From NCBI RefSeq assembly GCF_044704955.1, contig NC_091981.1, positions 287,432,001-287,496,000 of the forward strand: a DNA stretch of 64,000 nt, written 5' to 3'. The DNA comes from Pristiophorus japonicus (lineage: Eukaryota). A model generated the notes under the pieces. That model made no database searches, was not told the origin of the DNA, and saw nothing but the letters and a program-made list of their open reading frames with translations. Below are positions 1 to 13,423 of this stretch, one piece after another. Each line of letters starts with the position of its first letter. The first letter of the stretch is position 1. Made by a program: the position numbers and the translations under genes.

Positions 1-2204
1 CTGAACTTCAGGAAAGCTAACTTCGATGGTATGAGGCGTGAATTGGCTAAAATAGACTGGCGAGTGATACTTAAACGGTTGAAGGTGGATAGGCAATGGC
101 AAACATTTATAGATCACATGGATGAACTTCAACAATTGTACATCCCTGTCTGGAGTAAAAATAAAACAGGGAAGGTGGCTCAACCGTGGCTAACAAGGGA
201 AATTAAGGATAATGTTAAATCCAAGGAAGATGCATATAAATTGGCCAGAAAAAGCAGCAAACCTGAGGACTGGGAGAAATTTAGAATTCAGCAGAGGAGG
301 ACAAAGGGTTTAATTAGGAGGGGGAAAATAGAGTACGAGAGGAAGCTTGCTGGGAACATAAAAACTGACTGCAAAAGCTTCTTTAGATATGTGAAGAGAA
401 AAAGATTAGTAAAGACAAATGTAGGTCCCTTGCAGTCAGACTCAGGTGAATTTATAATGGGGAACAAAGAAATGGCAGACCAATTGAACAAATACTTTGG
501 TCTGTCTTCATGAAGGAAGACACAAATAACCTTCCGGATGTACTAGGGGACCGACAGTCTAGTGAGCAGGAGGAACTAAAGGATATCCTTATTAGGCAGG
601 AAATTGTGTTGGGGAAATTGATGGGATTGAAGGCCGATAAATCCCCAGGGCCTGATTGTTTGCATCCCAGAAAACTTAAGGAAGTGGCCCTTAAGGAAGA
701 AATAGTGGATGCATTGGTGATCATTTTCCAACAGTCTATCAACTCTGGATCAGTTCCTATGGACTGGAGGGTAGCTAATTTAACACCACTTTTTAAAAAG
801 GGAGGGGGAGAGAAAACGGGTAATTATAGACCGGTTAGCCTGACATCAGCAGTGGGGAAAATATTGAAATCAATTATTAAGGATGAAATAGCAGTGCATT
901 TGAAAAGCAGTGACAGGATTGGTCGAAGTCAGCATGGATTTATGAAAGGGAAATCATGCTTGACAAATCTTCTGGAATTTTTTGAGGATGTAACTAGTGG
1001 AGTGGACAAGGGAGAACCAGTGGATATGGTGTATTTGGACTTTCAAAAGGCCTTTGACAAGGTCCCACATAAGAGATTGGTGTGCAAAATCAAAGCACAT
1101 GGTATTGGGGGTAATGTACTGGCGTGGATAGAGAATTGGTTGGCAGACAGGAAGCAGAGAGTCGGGATAAACGGGTCCTTTTCGGAATGGGAGGCAGTGA
1201 CTAGTGGAGTGCCGCAGGGCTCACTGCTGGGACCCCAGTTCTTTACAATATACATTAATGATTTGGATGAAGGAATATCTCCAAGTTTGCAGATGACACT
1301 AAACTGGGTGGTGGTGTGAGCTGTGAGGAGGACGCTAAGAGACTGCAGGGTGATTTGGACAGGTTAGGTGAGTGGGCAAATGCATGACAGATGCAGTATA
1401 ATGTGGATAAATGTGAGGTTATCCACTTTGGGGGCAAAAACACAAAGGCAGAATATTATCTGAATGGCGGCAGATTAGGAAAAGGGGAGGTGCAATGAGA
1501 CCTGGGTGTCATGGTTCATCAGTCACTGAAAGTTGGCATGCAGGTACAGCAGGTGGTGAAGAAGGCAAATGGCATGTTGGCCTTCATAGCTCGGGGATTT
1601 GAGTATAGGAGCAGGGAGGTCTTACTGCATTTGTACAGGGCCTTGGTGAAACCTCACCTGGAATATTGTGTTCAGTTTTGGTCTCCTAATCTGCGGAATG
1701 ACATTCTTGCTATTGAGGGAGTGCAGCGAAGGTTCACCAGACTGATTCCAGGGATGGCTGGACTGACATATGAGGAGAGACTGGATCAACTGGGCCTTTA
1801 TACACTGGAGTTTAGAAGGATGAGAGGAGATCTCATAGAAACGTACAAGATTCTGACGGGACTGGACAGGTTAGAATGTTCCCGATGTTGGGGAAGTCCA
1901 GAACTAGGAGACACAGTCTTAGGATAAGGGGTAGGCCATTTAGGACTGAGATGAGGAGAAACTTCTTCACTCAGAGAGTTGTTAACCTGTGGAATTCACT
2001 GCCGCAAAGAGTGTTGATGCCAGTTCATTGGATATATTCAAGAGGGAGTTAGATATGGCCCTTACGGCTAAAGGGATCAGGGGGTCTGGAGAAAAAGCAG
2101 GAAAAGGGTACTGAGGTCATAATCAGCCATGATCTTATTGAATGATGGTGCAGGCTCAAAGGGCCGAATGGCCTACTCTTGCACCTATTTTCTATGTTTC
2201 TATG
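1..2204 (+). mobile_element. CR1 LINE, RT and 3' end, frameshifted, runs off the window start
   Basis: ORFs 31-513, 510-1319 and 1511-1927 carry CR1 RT motifs ([40 protein letters not shown]); tail ends in ttctatgtttctatg. Confidence 0.95.
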
Positions 2205-2489
2205 TTGCGACACGGAGCATCCACAAAAGGGAAACAATTTGCTCCAACCTTCTCAGGGCAACTAGCAATCTCCGTGCTGCCCACATCCCAGGAACGAACG
2301 TTAAGCAACATTTCCCCAAGACTAGTAACCTTGATTCTCCTCTTTAATCCAGGTCAGCGTCAGTAAGCGACTGATCCTGGCACTGGTAAATTATCGGTGA
2401 GGCTCACTGCGTCAGCCAGGTAACTTGCTTCATTTTTTGGTTTCCGTTTCTAGATTTCTGTGCTAGCGGTCTGAATCCGACGGTATTAG

Positions 2490-2790
2490 GTTCAAACCCC
2501 ACTCCAGAGACTTGTGTACATCGCCTCGGTGGACAGTCCAGTGCAGTACCGAGAGAGTATCCAACACTACCAGCAGTTTTGGATGAGACATTAAACCGAG
2601 CTCCAGTCTGCTTTTTCGGGTAGATGGAAAAAGCAGGGGGGTGGATATCACCATTGTCCTGGGCCAATAGTTATCCCTCAATCAACATTACTAAAATAGA
2701 ATATCTGGTCATTTATTTCATTGCTATTTGTCGGATCTTGCTGTGCGGCCGCACCTCATTGGCTGTGTAGCACTTTGTGATGTCAGGAGG
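2490..2790 (+). mobile_element. Deu-domain SINE (SacSINE1/AmnSINE1-like), decayed
   Basis: ccagtgcagtac...ggatgagacattaaaccgag...ggccaatagttatccctcaatcaacat...tctggtcatt matches the recalled Deu-SINE consensus; a second copy lies at 33375-33600. Confidence 0.7.
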
Positions 2791-2989
2791 CCTTGAGAGG
2801 CCAACTATTTGAGTTCTCATCACTGCATTTTGTGGGGCTGGAATCTAGGGCTACTGTCTCCACAAGTTCCTTAGTCAGACACTCATTGTCCTCTTTCACA
2901 ATTTCACGGCTGGGTGTGGGAGCGTAGGAGCCACACGCAGGCTGGGATGTGAAGTGAAAGTCCCTTTCTGTCCCATTTGCCACCAGTAT

Positions 2990-3235
2990 GAGTGCTTGTC
3001 CCTACTTGCAGCCCACTGAGTGTGGGTGTGATAGCCGAACCTGACTGGCCGCAAGCTCTGACCACGCCTCCAGTTCCTAGCGAGCAAGTCTCTGACTGAG
3101 GATTAAGGAGCAGGAACGCTGGGTGTTGTATTTTCGTACTTCCCTCCCTAGTCTAGGACGCTGAAGCCAATTGTAGCACCCCCAACTGAGGGCGGCTCAG
3201 TCGGCACAGGCTGGGAACTGGACCCCGGCGTTCCG
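2990..3235 (-). mobile_element. Ancient SINE fragment (AmnSINE2-like)
   Basis: Minus strand reads ggggtgctacaattggcttcagcgtcctagactagggaggg...gttcctgctcct, similar to the recalled consensus; family name is from memory. Confidence 0.4.
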
Positions 3236-3607
3236 CTTCACTGCTAGTGCCGCGCTCTCTGCTGTTATAAACCGACTCTCGTCCCGCAGTCATCAGAGGA
3301 ATATGCTGTGAGTGGGCGGATGCACTCGGCTGACACACATCCTCGGGAACAGCAGAGAGCAATAACTGTCTCAATATTTTACCTGCTGCTCAAAGCTTGT
3401 AAATTAGTACCAAAGGAGCGTAGGCTGCCGTTTACAATGCAGATCACAGCTCCCAGTGGCGGGTACAAACAAAAGATCTTCTCCTCGGAGATGCTTCCTA
3501 TTATGATCTCAGTGGTAGCAGCAGTTGAATAGAATTCTGTCGTGCAAAATGTCAGTGTGCGCTGACTTCTCATGTGCAGAGGTTTGGTGGAACAGGAATA
3601 GCAGAGG

Positions 3608-4289
3608 TTATGGAGTGTTGACCTTTATTGCAAGGGGGCTACAGTATAAAAGCAGGGAAGTCCTGCTACAACTGTACAGGGTATTGGTGAGGCGACACCT
3701 GGAGTATTGCGTACAGTTTTGGTCTCCTTATTTAAGGAGGGATATACTTACATTGGAGGCAGTGCAGAGAAAGTTCACTAGGTTGATTCCTGAGATGAGG
3801 GGGTTGAATTACGAAGATAGGTTGAGTAGGTTGGGCCGATACTCATTGGCGTTTAGAAGAATAAGAGGTGATCTTATTGAAACATATAAGATACTGAGGG
3901 GGCTCGACAAGGTAGATGCAGAGACGATTGTGGGGGAATCTAGAACTAGGGGGCATAGTTTCAGAATAAGGGGTCAGTCATTTAGAACTGAGATGAGGAG
4001 GAATTTCTTCTCTCAGAGGGTCGTAAATCTGTGGAATTCTCTGCCCCAGAGAGCTGTGGAGGCTGGGTCATTGAATATATTTAAGGCGAAGATTGACTGA
4101 TTTTTGAACAATAAGGGAGTGAAGGATTACCTTATAGACAGATTTTTGAACGATAAGGGAGTGAAGGGTTATGGGGAGCGGGTAGGGAAATGGAGCTGAG
4201 CCCATGATCAGATCAGCCATGATCTTATTGAATGGCGGAGCAGGCTCGAGGGGCCAAATGGCCTCCTCCTACTCCTATTTCTTATGTTT
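3608..4289 (+). mobile_element. CR1 LINE 3' fragment
   Basis: ORF 3525-4100 (LEYCVQFWSPY...FFSQRVVNLWNSLP) followed by the CR1 3' UTR tail. Confidence 0.92.
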
Positions 4290-4294
4290 GGGAA

Positions 4295-6602
4295 TGTTAT
4301 GTATTGATGTGTGTATCGTCCTGGTACCTTAAATGTATAATAAGCACAGAGGGCGCTGTGGTGGGAGACCTGAAAGTACCTGCAAGAGGCAGTATAAAAG
4401 GCCGATCACCACACCTGAGAGTCACTATGGAGCTGTTCAATAAAGGACGAAGGTCACAGCAGTTAGATTAACACCAGACCGTGTGGAGTCAGTGGTTTGT
4501 GTGCTACATACACCACATTGGCGACAAGGAAGCAGACGAACTCCACGCAACCATGGCTACTCTGGACTCGCTAAAGGATTTTACCGTGGGCAATGATTGG
4601 GAGGCCTTTACGGAAAGGCTCGAGTACTACTTCACAGCAAACGATCTGACGGAGGACACGAACGCACTGAGAGAGAAGCATAAGGCGATATTGCTCTCCA
4701 GTTGTGGCGATGAGGTTTACTGTCTCGTCAGGGATTTGCTAACACCAGGGACAAGTCATACGAGGAGCTGACTGAACTCATTCGTGACCAGTTGAAACCG
4801 AAGGAGAGCATCCTCGCGGCCAGATACAAATTTTACCATCACTGCAGACCCAAGGGCCAGGATGACACCAAATATGCTGCGGACCTCAGGAGACTCGTGG
4901 CGCCGTGTGATTTTGGCGCACACCTTGACGAGGCGTTGCGGGACGTTTTTGTCATGGGGATTGGCCACGAGGGCCTCTTTCACAAGCTGCTGGCCACGGA
5001 ACCCACAGTCATCCTGACAAAGGCCATCACCATCAGCTGGGCATATATGACCTCGACTTGCAGCACCAAACAAATGATCCACACAGTCTCGAAACCGGCA
5101 GGCACTGTCCACAGGATAGCGCCCACCACGGACAAAACTGCAGAACGTGGCTCTGCCCGGGGCAGAGAACACGGACCTCGGGGTCCTGGAACTCAGAGTC
5201 CGCTGAAGGGGGCCAATCAAGCAGCAGGTGTATGGAGATGGTCCGTGGGAGCTGGGAAGACTTCACCACTCCAGAGGCTGCTGCTCCTCGGGGTGCTGCC
5301 GTGCCCCGGGTCCCCAGAGAGCAGCGCCGACCGAGCTGGAGCTGCAGCCTCAATCCACCCACAGGCAAGCAGAGCAAGCCCCAGCCCCGGACCTCAAGCC
5401 ACAGAGATCCTGCAGCCTTAGCCCCCACAGGCAAGCAGCCCTGCAGAGGCGGGCCTAGTGGGGGGGGTGAGCCGGCGGGGCGCTGCGGGCGGGGTGCGAG
5501 GGATCCAGGATGGCCGACGGATCGGAGGGGCCCACGCAGAGGGAGAGTCGGGCGGCGGCAGCAGCTGGAGGTCAGCGGCCACGACGGCCGCAGGGGAGGC
5601 AGCTACGGAGGCCGCAGGGGAGGCGGCAAGTGCGGCGGCTGGAGAGGCCACGACGGCCGCAGGGGAGGCAGCTACGGAGGCCGCAGGGGAGGCCGCTATG
5701 GAGGCCGCTGGAGAAGCAATGACGATGGCCGCAGGAGAGGCGGCAAGTCAGGTGGCAGCGGAGGCTGCGGCGGCGGAGGGCATCCGGAGCGGCGGAGAGC
5801 AAGATGGCAGTGGCCTCGTGTCCAGAGCAGCAGAGCATCAAAGATGGCGGCTCCCAAGGAGAAGCCTCGTGGAATCCTGCTGCATCAAAGATGGCGCCTT
5901 AAAAAGGAAATGCACCCGGGAGTCTTAAAAGGGCCTTACCACGTGGTGGCCCCCACAAAGTGACTTCTGTAAGGCAAGAGCGAGTCTAAAATGAGCTATG
6001 TTGATGTGAGATGACGGATTTATAATAAGAATTACTATTTTAATGCTGAATGGTCACTGTGTTTGTGTAAAATAATGGATATGAAGTACAATTAATGATA
6101 AGAGCGAATAAGGAAATCAGGGATCCGTTACCAGTTAATAACTATTTAATGTAACTGCTCAGTGTACCCGCAACCCATTGACGCAACATCCGTACCAGAT
6201 AACATGTACCATACAAACGCACTGTCTATGCCTACCTGCCTTCCGTTGGACAAACAAGGTCGAGATCCCCGGCAACAGCTTCGGGACTGGGGGGGGCGGG
6301 GGGGGGGGAAGTGAGATGTTATGTATCGATGTGTGTATCATCCTGCATCCTGGGGGGGGAAGTGAGATGTCATGTATGGATGTGTGTATCGTCCTGGTTC
6401 CTTAAATGTATAATAAGCACAATGGTACACCACAGATGGCGCTGTGGGGAGAGACCTGAAAGTACCTGCAAGAGGCAGTATAAAAGGCCGACCACCACAC
6501 CTGAGAGTCACTCTGGAGCTGTTCAATAAAGGACGAAGGTCACAGCAGTTAGATTAACACCAGACTGTGTGGAGTCAGTGATTGTGTGCTACATACACCA
6601 CA
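4295..6602 (+). mobile_element. Non-autonomous Gypsy-derived LTR element (gag only, no pol)
   Basis: LTRs 4295-4517 and 6368-6602 (TG...CA, TATAAAA, AATAAA); PBS tggcgac at 4519; G-rich PPT; 5-bp TSD GGGAA at 4290-4294 and 6603-6607; frameshifted gag at ~4553-5220. Confidence 0.9.
5575..5780 (+). repeat. Degenerate ~24-bp GC-rich minisatellite inside the LTR element
   Basis: Repeated ggccgcaggggaggc units; one frame reads (A/T)xxAAGEA, another GGRRGGSY. Confidence 0.8.
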
Positions 6603-6751
6603 GGGAACTTGTGGAAAAGGTGAAGTGATTTAATGCCTTATGGGGAGGGGGCCTCAACATCTTCCTGGAAGGCTCAGTTTTAACACCACACCAGTCAGAT
6701 GCCCTGGCCTGCACCCATTGCTCCACATAGTACAAAGTACTACTCATATTC

Positions 6752-9700
6752 TGTCATGTATTCAACTGTCATTGTAATCCATGTATAAACTGACCTAAGT
6801 TGTACACCGTGAGAACACTGACCACTAGGTGGTGAACTTGTGGGAGACACTACTAACCTGGACTTTCAGGTATAAAAGGGGAAGCTCCACCCATCTTCTT
6901 CACTTCAGTGTTAGCTAATAAATGTTACTGGTCACAGAGTGACCGTCTCTCTGGTATGGGCCTCGTGTGCATTTGTACTGTATAGTAAGGGCATATCATT
7001 GGCGACGAGAAACTGGGATTTAAACCACGCGAGCATGGCCACTAGCAGCACAGACAAGAGGTACTGTGTTGGCGATGATTGGGACGATTTTATTGAGAGA
7101 CTACAGCAAAGTTTCGTCACCAAGGAATGGTTGGGTCAGGATTCAGCCGACAAACGCAGGGCTCATCTCCTGACGGTTTGTGGATCCAGGATGAAGGACC
7201 TTCTAGCGCCAGAGAAGCGGACAAGACTTTGAAGAACACTTTAAACCGGCGAGCAGCATGCACATGGCGAGACACCAGTTTTACACGCAGAGGCGAGAAG
7301 GGCAAAGCGTTCCAGACTTCGAGGCAGACCTCCGGCGACTGGCGAGCCTATGTAAGTTTTCAGATGCATGCAGAGCGGAGATGCTGTGAGACTTTTTTAT
7401 TGAGGGCATCGGGCACGCTGGGGTTTTCAGGAAACTGATTGAGACCAAAGACTTCACCCAGGAAACGGCGGCTTTGATGGCCCAGACATTTATCTCAGGG
7501 GAGGAAGAGACCAGAATGATGTTTGACAAAAATCTTGGTTTAAATGCAGCAAATGGACAGGGAGTCAACATTGTTAATGCAGCACACAGTTCTCCAGGCA
7601 GACAAAGGCAATCGGACATGCCTGAGCATGTAGTCGAACCCAAAGGGGGAATTCAACAGAGACAATGGCTAGCTGAATGGCGATTCATGCCATCGCAAGG
7701 GACAATGCGGCCAGTAATGGGGCCATCAACACCTGTCAATGGTGCGTTTAAGGACAGTTACAGAGACAGTCAGAGATGATCGACTGGTAATGGACCTTTT
7801 GTTCCCAACGGCTCATGTTGGAGGTGTGAAGGCAAACACACAGCCAGAGCTTGCAGGTATCAGCAATATACCTGCAGAAATTGCAACGTCAGCGGTCACT
7901 TGGCATGTATGTGCAGGAAGCCTGCAGCCAGGTTGATGTACGAGGAGGACGGGCCCGATGTAAGCCCTACGAGGCCAAATGGACACTGGGGGAAATCACT
8001 GGAAGCTGAAGTTCAGCGAGTTAATGTGGAGCACATATACAGTTCATACACCAGGATGCCACCGATAATGATGAAAGTGCTCCTCAATGGCATCCCAGTA
8101 CCAATGGAGCTAGACACGGGGGCCAGCCAGTCCCTGATGAGTATCAAACAGTTCGACAAGTTGTGGGCGTCCAAGGCCAGGTGGCCAACATTATTGCCGA
8201 TTGACACACAGCTACGGACATATACAAAGGAGATCATTCCGGTGCTCGGCAGCGCCACGGTAGTCGTGACCCACAAAGATTCGGAGAACAGGTTGCCACT
8301 CTGGATTGTCCCGGGGGACGGTCCCGCACTTCATGGGGAGGAATTGGCTTGCTGTCATGAACTGGAAATGGGGCGATGTCAATGTAATTTCTTCTGTGGA
8401 GCGAATATCATGCTCACAGGTCCCGGACAAATTTCAACCCAGCATTGGCACTTTCATGTGGACCAAGGTAGTGATTCACATAAACCCGAACGCCAGGCCA
8501 GTACACCACAAGGCCAGAGCGGTGCCGTACGTAATGCGGGAAAAGATAGAAGGCGAATTGAACCGCCTGCTGAGGGAAGGCATCATCTCGCCAGTCGAAT
8601 TCAGTGACTGGGCGAGCCCGATTGTGCCGATGCTCAAGGCGGATGGGTCGGTCAGGATATGTGGTGATTACAAGGCCACCATCAATCGGGTGTCACTCCA
8701 AGACCAGTACCCGCTAACGAGAGCGGAGGACCTCTTTGCGATGCTATCCGGTGGCAAACTTATTTCAAAATTGGACCTGACCTCAGCTTACATGACCCAG
8801 GAGCTGGCGAGTGAGTCGAAGAAGCTGACCACCATCACGACACACAAGGGGTTGTTTGAGTACAACAGATGTCCGTTCGGGATTCGCTCGGCCGCCGCGA
8901 TCTTTCAACGAAACATGGAAAGTCTCCTCAAAACATGGATATCATCCTCATCACGGGTTGCGATACTGAAGAACACCTCCACAACCTGGAGGAGGTGCTA
9001 CACAGACTGGACCGGGTAGGGCTGTGACTGAAAAAAGCGAAGTGCATCTTCCTAGCTCCAGAGGTAGAATTCCTGGGGATGAGGGTAGCAGCAGACGGGA
9101 TCAGACCTACTGCGTCCAAAACGGAAGAGATCCAGAGAGCACCCAGACCTCATAACACGACGGATCTGCGTTCGTTCCTGAGGCTCCTGAATTATTTTGG
9201 TAACTTTCTTCCCAAATTGAGCACACTGTTAGAGCCGCTACACGTGCTCCTACGCAAAGGTCACGAATGGGTCTGGGGGGACAGCCAGGAAAGGGCTTTT
9301 GATAGAGCACACAATTTGTTATGCTCCAACAATCTGTTAACGTTATATGACCCATGTAAGAAACTTGTTTTAACGTGTGATGTATCGTCCTATGGGGTCA
9401 GGTGTGTGTTGCAGCATGTTAATGCCAAGGGTCAGTTACAGCCGGTAGCTTATGCCGCCAGAAGTCTGTCCCAGGCAGAAAGGAGCTACGGGATTGTAGA
9501 AAAGGAAGCGCTTGCATGTGTATATGCAGAAAAAAAATGCACTAGTACCTGTTTGGCAGGAAATTTGAGCTGGAGACAGATCACAAACCCCTAACATCCC
9601 TTTTGGCCGACAACAAGGCCATAAATGCAAATGCGTCGGCCCACATACAGAGGTGGGCACTCACGTTAGCCACCTATGACTATACAATTCGGCACAGACC

Positions 9701-11402
9701 GGGCACTGAAAACTGCACCGATGCACTCAGCAGGCTCCCACTAGCCACCACCAAGGGGCAACTGAGCATGCTGCTGAGATGGTCATGGCTGTTGAAGCTT
9801 TCGAAAGCGAAGGCTCACTCGTGACAGCACGTCAGATCAAAGTCTGGACAAATAGAGACCCGCTACTGTCTTTAGTCAAGAAATGTGTCCAGAATGGGGA
9901 CTGGGCAGCCACGTACGGGGCATGCCCTGAGGAATTTAAACCATTTCACAGGCGCAAGGATGAACTCTCGATTCAGGCCGATTGCCTACTATGGGGAAAC
10001 CGAGTAGTCATGCCCCAGATGGGCAGAGAGGCGTTCATCCGAGAACTCCACAATGAGCACCCGGGCATTGTTATGATGAAGGCAATTGCCAGGTTACACG
10101 TTTGGTGGGTAGGGATAGATGCAGACCTGGAACTTTGTGTTCGCAAGTGCAACACGTGTGCCCAGCTGGGCAATGCACCCAGGGAAGCCTCCCCTAGCCC
10201 CTGGTCCTGGTACGCCAAGCCATGGTCACGCATCCATGTGGACTACGCAGGTCCTTTCATGGGAAAAATGCTTTTGGTTGTAGTAGACGCCTACATTCTC
10301 AAGTGTGACATTCTCAATTCAAACACATCCTCTGCCACGGTAGAAAGTCTATGGGCAATGTTTGCCGCCCGTGGTCAACCGGACGTCTTGGTCAGCGACA
10401 ATGGCCTGTGCTTCACAAGCATTGAGTTCAAGGACTTCATGGCAGGCAATGGAATCAACCATGTCAGAATGGCACCATTCAAGCCAGCCTCAAATGGTCA
10501 GGCGGAATGAGCAGTGCAGATAATCAAACGAGATGCTCAGAATCCAAGGGGGTTCCCTAAAAAGCTGCTTATCACGCCTCCTGTTGGCCAATAGATCCCG
10601 ACCACATTCGCTCACAGGGGTTCCACCCGCAGAGCTGCTAATGAAAAGGACGCTCAAAACCAGGTTATCCGTTATACACCCCACCATGAAAGAAATTGTT
10701 GAGCGCAGGCGCCGGTCACAATGTGACTACCATGACGGGAATGCGAGGGTGCGATGTATTGATGTCAATGACCCTGTCTTTGTCCTCAACTGCGCTGCAG
10801 GGCCCAAATGGCTCAAAGGCACTGTGATTGCCAAAGAGGGGAATAGGATGCTGGTAGTTAAACTTACCAATGGACAAATCTGCCGCAAACATGTGGATCA
10901 AACAAAAAGGAGGTTCAGCAACCCCAAAGAAGAAGCAGAGGAAGAACACGATGTTGAGTTCACCCCTCCACAGGTGACCGAACACCGGAACCAAGTGGAG
11001 GAGAGCCCAGTCACTGTGGGCAGTCCGGACAGGCCTGAGGCACCGCAACCAGCAGACACTCAGGCCAGCGCCCAACAACCGGAGCCCCAACTCAGGCACT
11101 CTACAAGGGAGCGTAAACCACCAGAAAGACTTAACCTGTGATCCCAATAAGACTTTGGGGGGAAGGTGATGTCATGTATTCAACTGTCATTGTTACCCAT
11201 GTATAAACTGACCTAAGTTGTACACTGACCACTAGGTGGTGAACTTGTGGGAGACACTCCTAACCTGGATTTTCAGGTATAAAAGGGGAAGCTCCACCCA
11301 CCTTCATCACTTCAGTGCTGGCTAAGAAAGGAGTGGTCACAGAGTGACCTTCTCTGCAGTAAGGGCTCGTGTGCATTTGTACTGTATAGTAAGGACATAT
11401 CA
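6752..11402 (+). mobile_element. Full-length Ty3/Gypsy LTR retrotransposon, decayed
   Basis: LTRs 6752-6998 and 11170-11402; PBS tggcgacgag at ~7000; PPT ggggggaaggtga; perfect TSD TATTC at 6747-6751 and 11403-11407. Confidence 0.96.
7034..11141 (+). pseudogene. Gypsy gag-pol, multiply frameshifted
   Basis: Protease LDTGA, RT (WASPIVP, ICGDYK, KLDL, PFGI), RNase H (PVAYAARSL, EKEALA), integrase (H-x-HPG, C-xx-C, RIHVDYAGP, SDNG) in PR-RT-RH-IN order. Confidence 0.93.
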
Positions 11403-12518
11403 TATTCGACCCCGGTTTCCCCACTCTCCTCGCCCATCCCAACCTGGAAGATATCTCTTGATTCATTACTCCCCCTGCCCCTCGCTCTATTCCAATAGCA
11501 TTTTGTGTTGCCACATTTCTCCCTTGCTTTAGAATCGATCTTGTTGACTGTACTTTTGGTGTTCTCCCCTTAAATTTTTTTAGAGGGAACATTATACATA
11601 GAGGCGCGTGGGGCATGCAGGCAGAGGTGGCTTTTATTTCTGTGCAAAAGTTCTGGTTTGGAATTGGACAACAGTTCAACGTGCGTGTTTTCTGAGTTAA
11701 AACGTGAGTTCGAAGAAATTTGGAATGTTCCTTGACGTGGCCTGGGACTTTGAAAATGCCACTGGTTCTTCAGTGACTAAATAAGCCAAATTCAGTTTTT
11801 GATGACATGGGATTTGGTAATTGGAACTTTGGGGATCACATAACAGAATTGCACTGTAATTTTCAGAAGGGAATTGGATGTATGCTGGAAGGGCAAGCGG
11901 TGGTGGGAGCCATTTGCAGGGCTATGAGGAGGGAGCTGGGGAGTGGGACCGGTTGTGTAGCTCGTGCAATATCGAGCATAGGCACGATGGGCTGAATGGC
12001 CTCCTTCTGTGCTGTATGACTCCATGACCTATCGCAGAGTCAGCACCCTCTAGAACAAGCATGTGCAACATATGGTGAATAACTACATTCCTGTAAAAGG
12101 TTTCTGAGAGGACATTGCCAGTTACAGGGAGCTCGTGGTCACTTTAGGTTGTGATGTTACGGGAGCATCAATGCTCTCCCTGGAGCCTCAGGGAGTCGAA
12201 GAGCAATTGCCCCGAGGTTTTTCCTGAATTGGCCATGTTTCTTTGTATGTTCCAAGAGATAGCGTTACTGGGAGCTGGGACAGGAGCATGTGAGGTTATT
12301 CTGTCTGAGAGTCTTTATCTACTGATAGTCTTTTTGTGCATTTGTATGTGCAGACTGGGGATTGTATCTGGGCCCTTCCTGTTGTGTGGCTCAGAGAGTT
12401 CACCCAGTCAGTAGCTCAGCCCAAGGACAATTCCCAGTCTGCAACCTCCCATCGAAAAATTCATCTCTCCCCCTTTTGTTTCTGTGCTCTGTGCACAAAT
12501 CTGTAAAAATACAGTTCC

Positions 12519-12862
12519 TGTTATGTCTGTAATGCACTTATGAATGACTCCACGAGGCAATGTGTTGTACTCAGACTGTAGTGACCTTGGTCCTTTATTC
12601 GTAACTCCAGAGTGAGGCACAAGCATGGTGGGCAGCCTTTTATACTGGGCCCTGCACACCTAGGCAGGTGACCCTCAGGTCTCCCACCGCAGTGCCCTCT
12701 GATGGACAGCCTCTGCCACAGGGGCAGGAAACCCCGGTCTCCACCAGTTGCACCCTCTAGTGGTGCCAGCATAGTATATACACAGTGTAAACCTTATTGA
12801 TAGTATATGGAACGATACAGTGACTACACAGAGAGTATATCTATAAGTCTGCATATATAACA
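12519..12862 (-). mobile_element. Solo LTR related to the 4295-6602 element's LTRs
   Basis: Termini tgttat...ataaca; minus strand has ggtgggagacctga, gtataaaaggc, aataaaggac and cgtggagtca as in LTR 4295-4517; no clean TSD. Confidence 0.75.
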
Positions 12863-13423
12863 GTAAGTTTGTGAATTTTCAGTGCACCTTTGTTTCCAGA
12901 AGTTAAACTTCTCACATTTAAATCGTTGCAATAACGTGACTTGAAACATAAATAACAGACAGGAAAAGACCCGTTGCTCCATCCAGCCACACAACTTTGA
13001 CATTCTGTATCAGCAGCCAACATCCGACAATGACTTGAAACTGGTCGGTGGGTTGTCCTAAGTTCCCACTTCTGTATCATTCCGGTTTGCACAGAAACGG
13101 TCCCCAATCTTTTGTTGGAAGTGCTAACTGTGGCACCCTTTAATTTGCCAGTCCTTTAGACCGTGCTCGGTGGATTGGAATTGAGTTACAGAGCCAGCAA
13201 TGATTGGATGAAACATCAGCTCCTAAACATTAACGGGGGCTTGGGGTGGCAGTAGGCGATGTGGACCTAATTATCAGGATGCATCGGCACAATTTGTCTG
13301 GGAAAATGTGTTTCCCCTCCGTCCCCGGCTCGCGTACGTGTTAAATTTTAACACACTCCAGAACTCAGCTTGTTGACACCCAAAGACAACCCAGAACGAG
13401 GAAAATCCATTCACTCCTCCCCA

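Noticed and set aside
2353-2419. Plus-strand mini-exon with good splice sites
   Set aside because: Stops in all three frames and no supporting neighbours.
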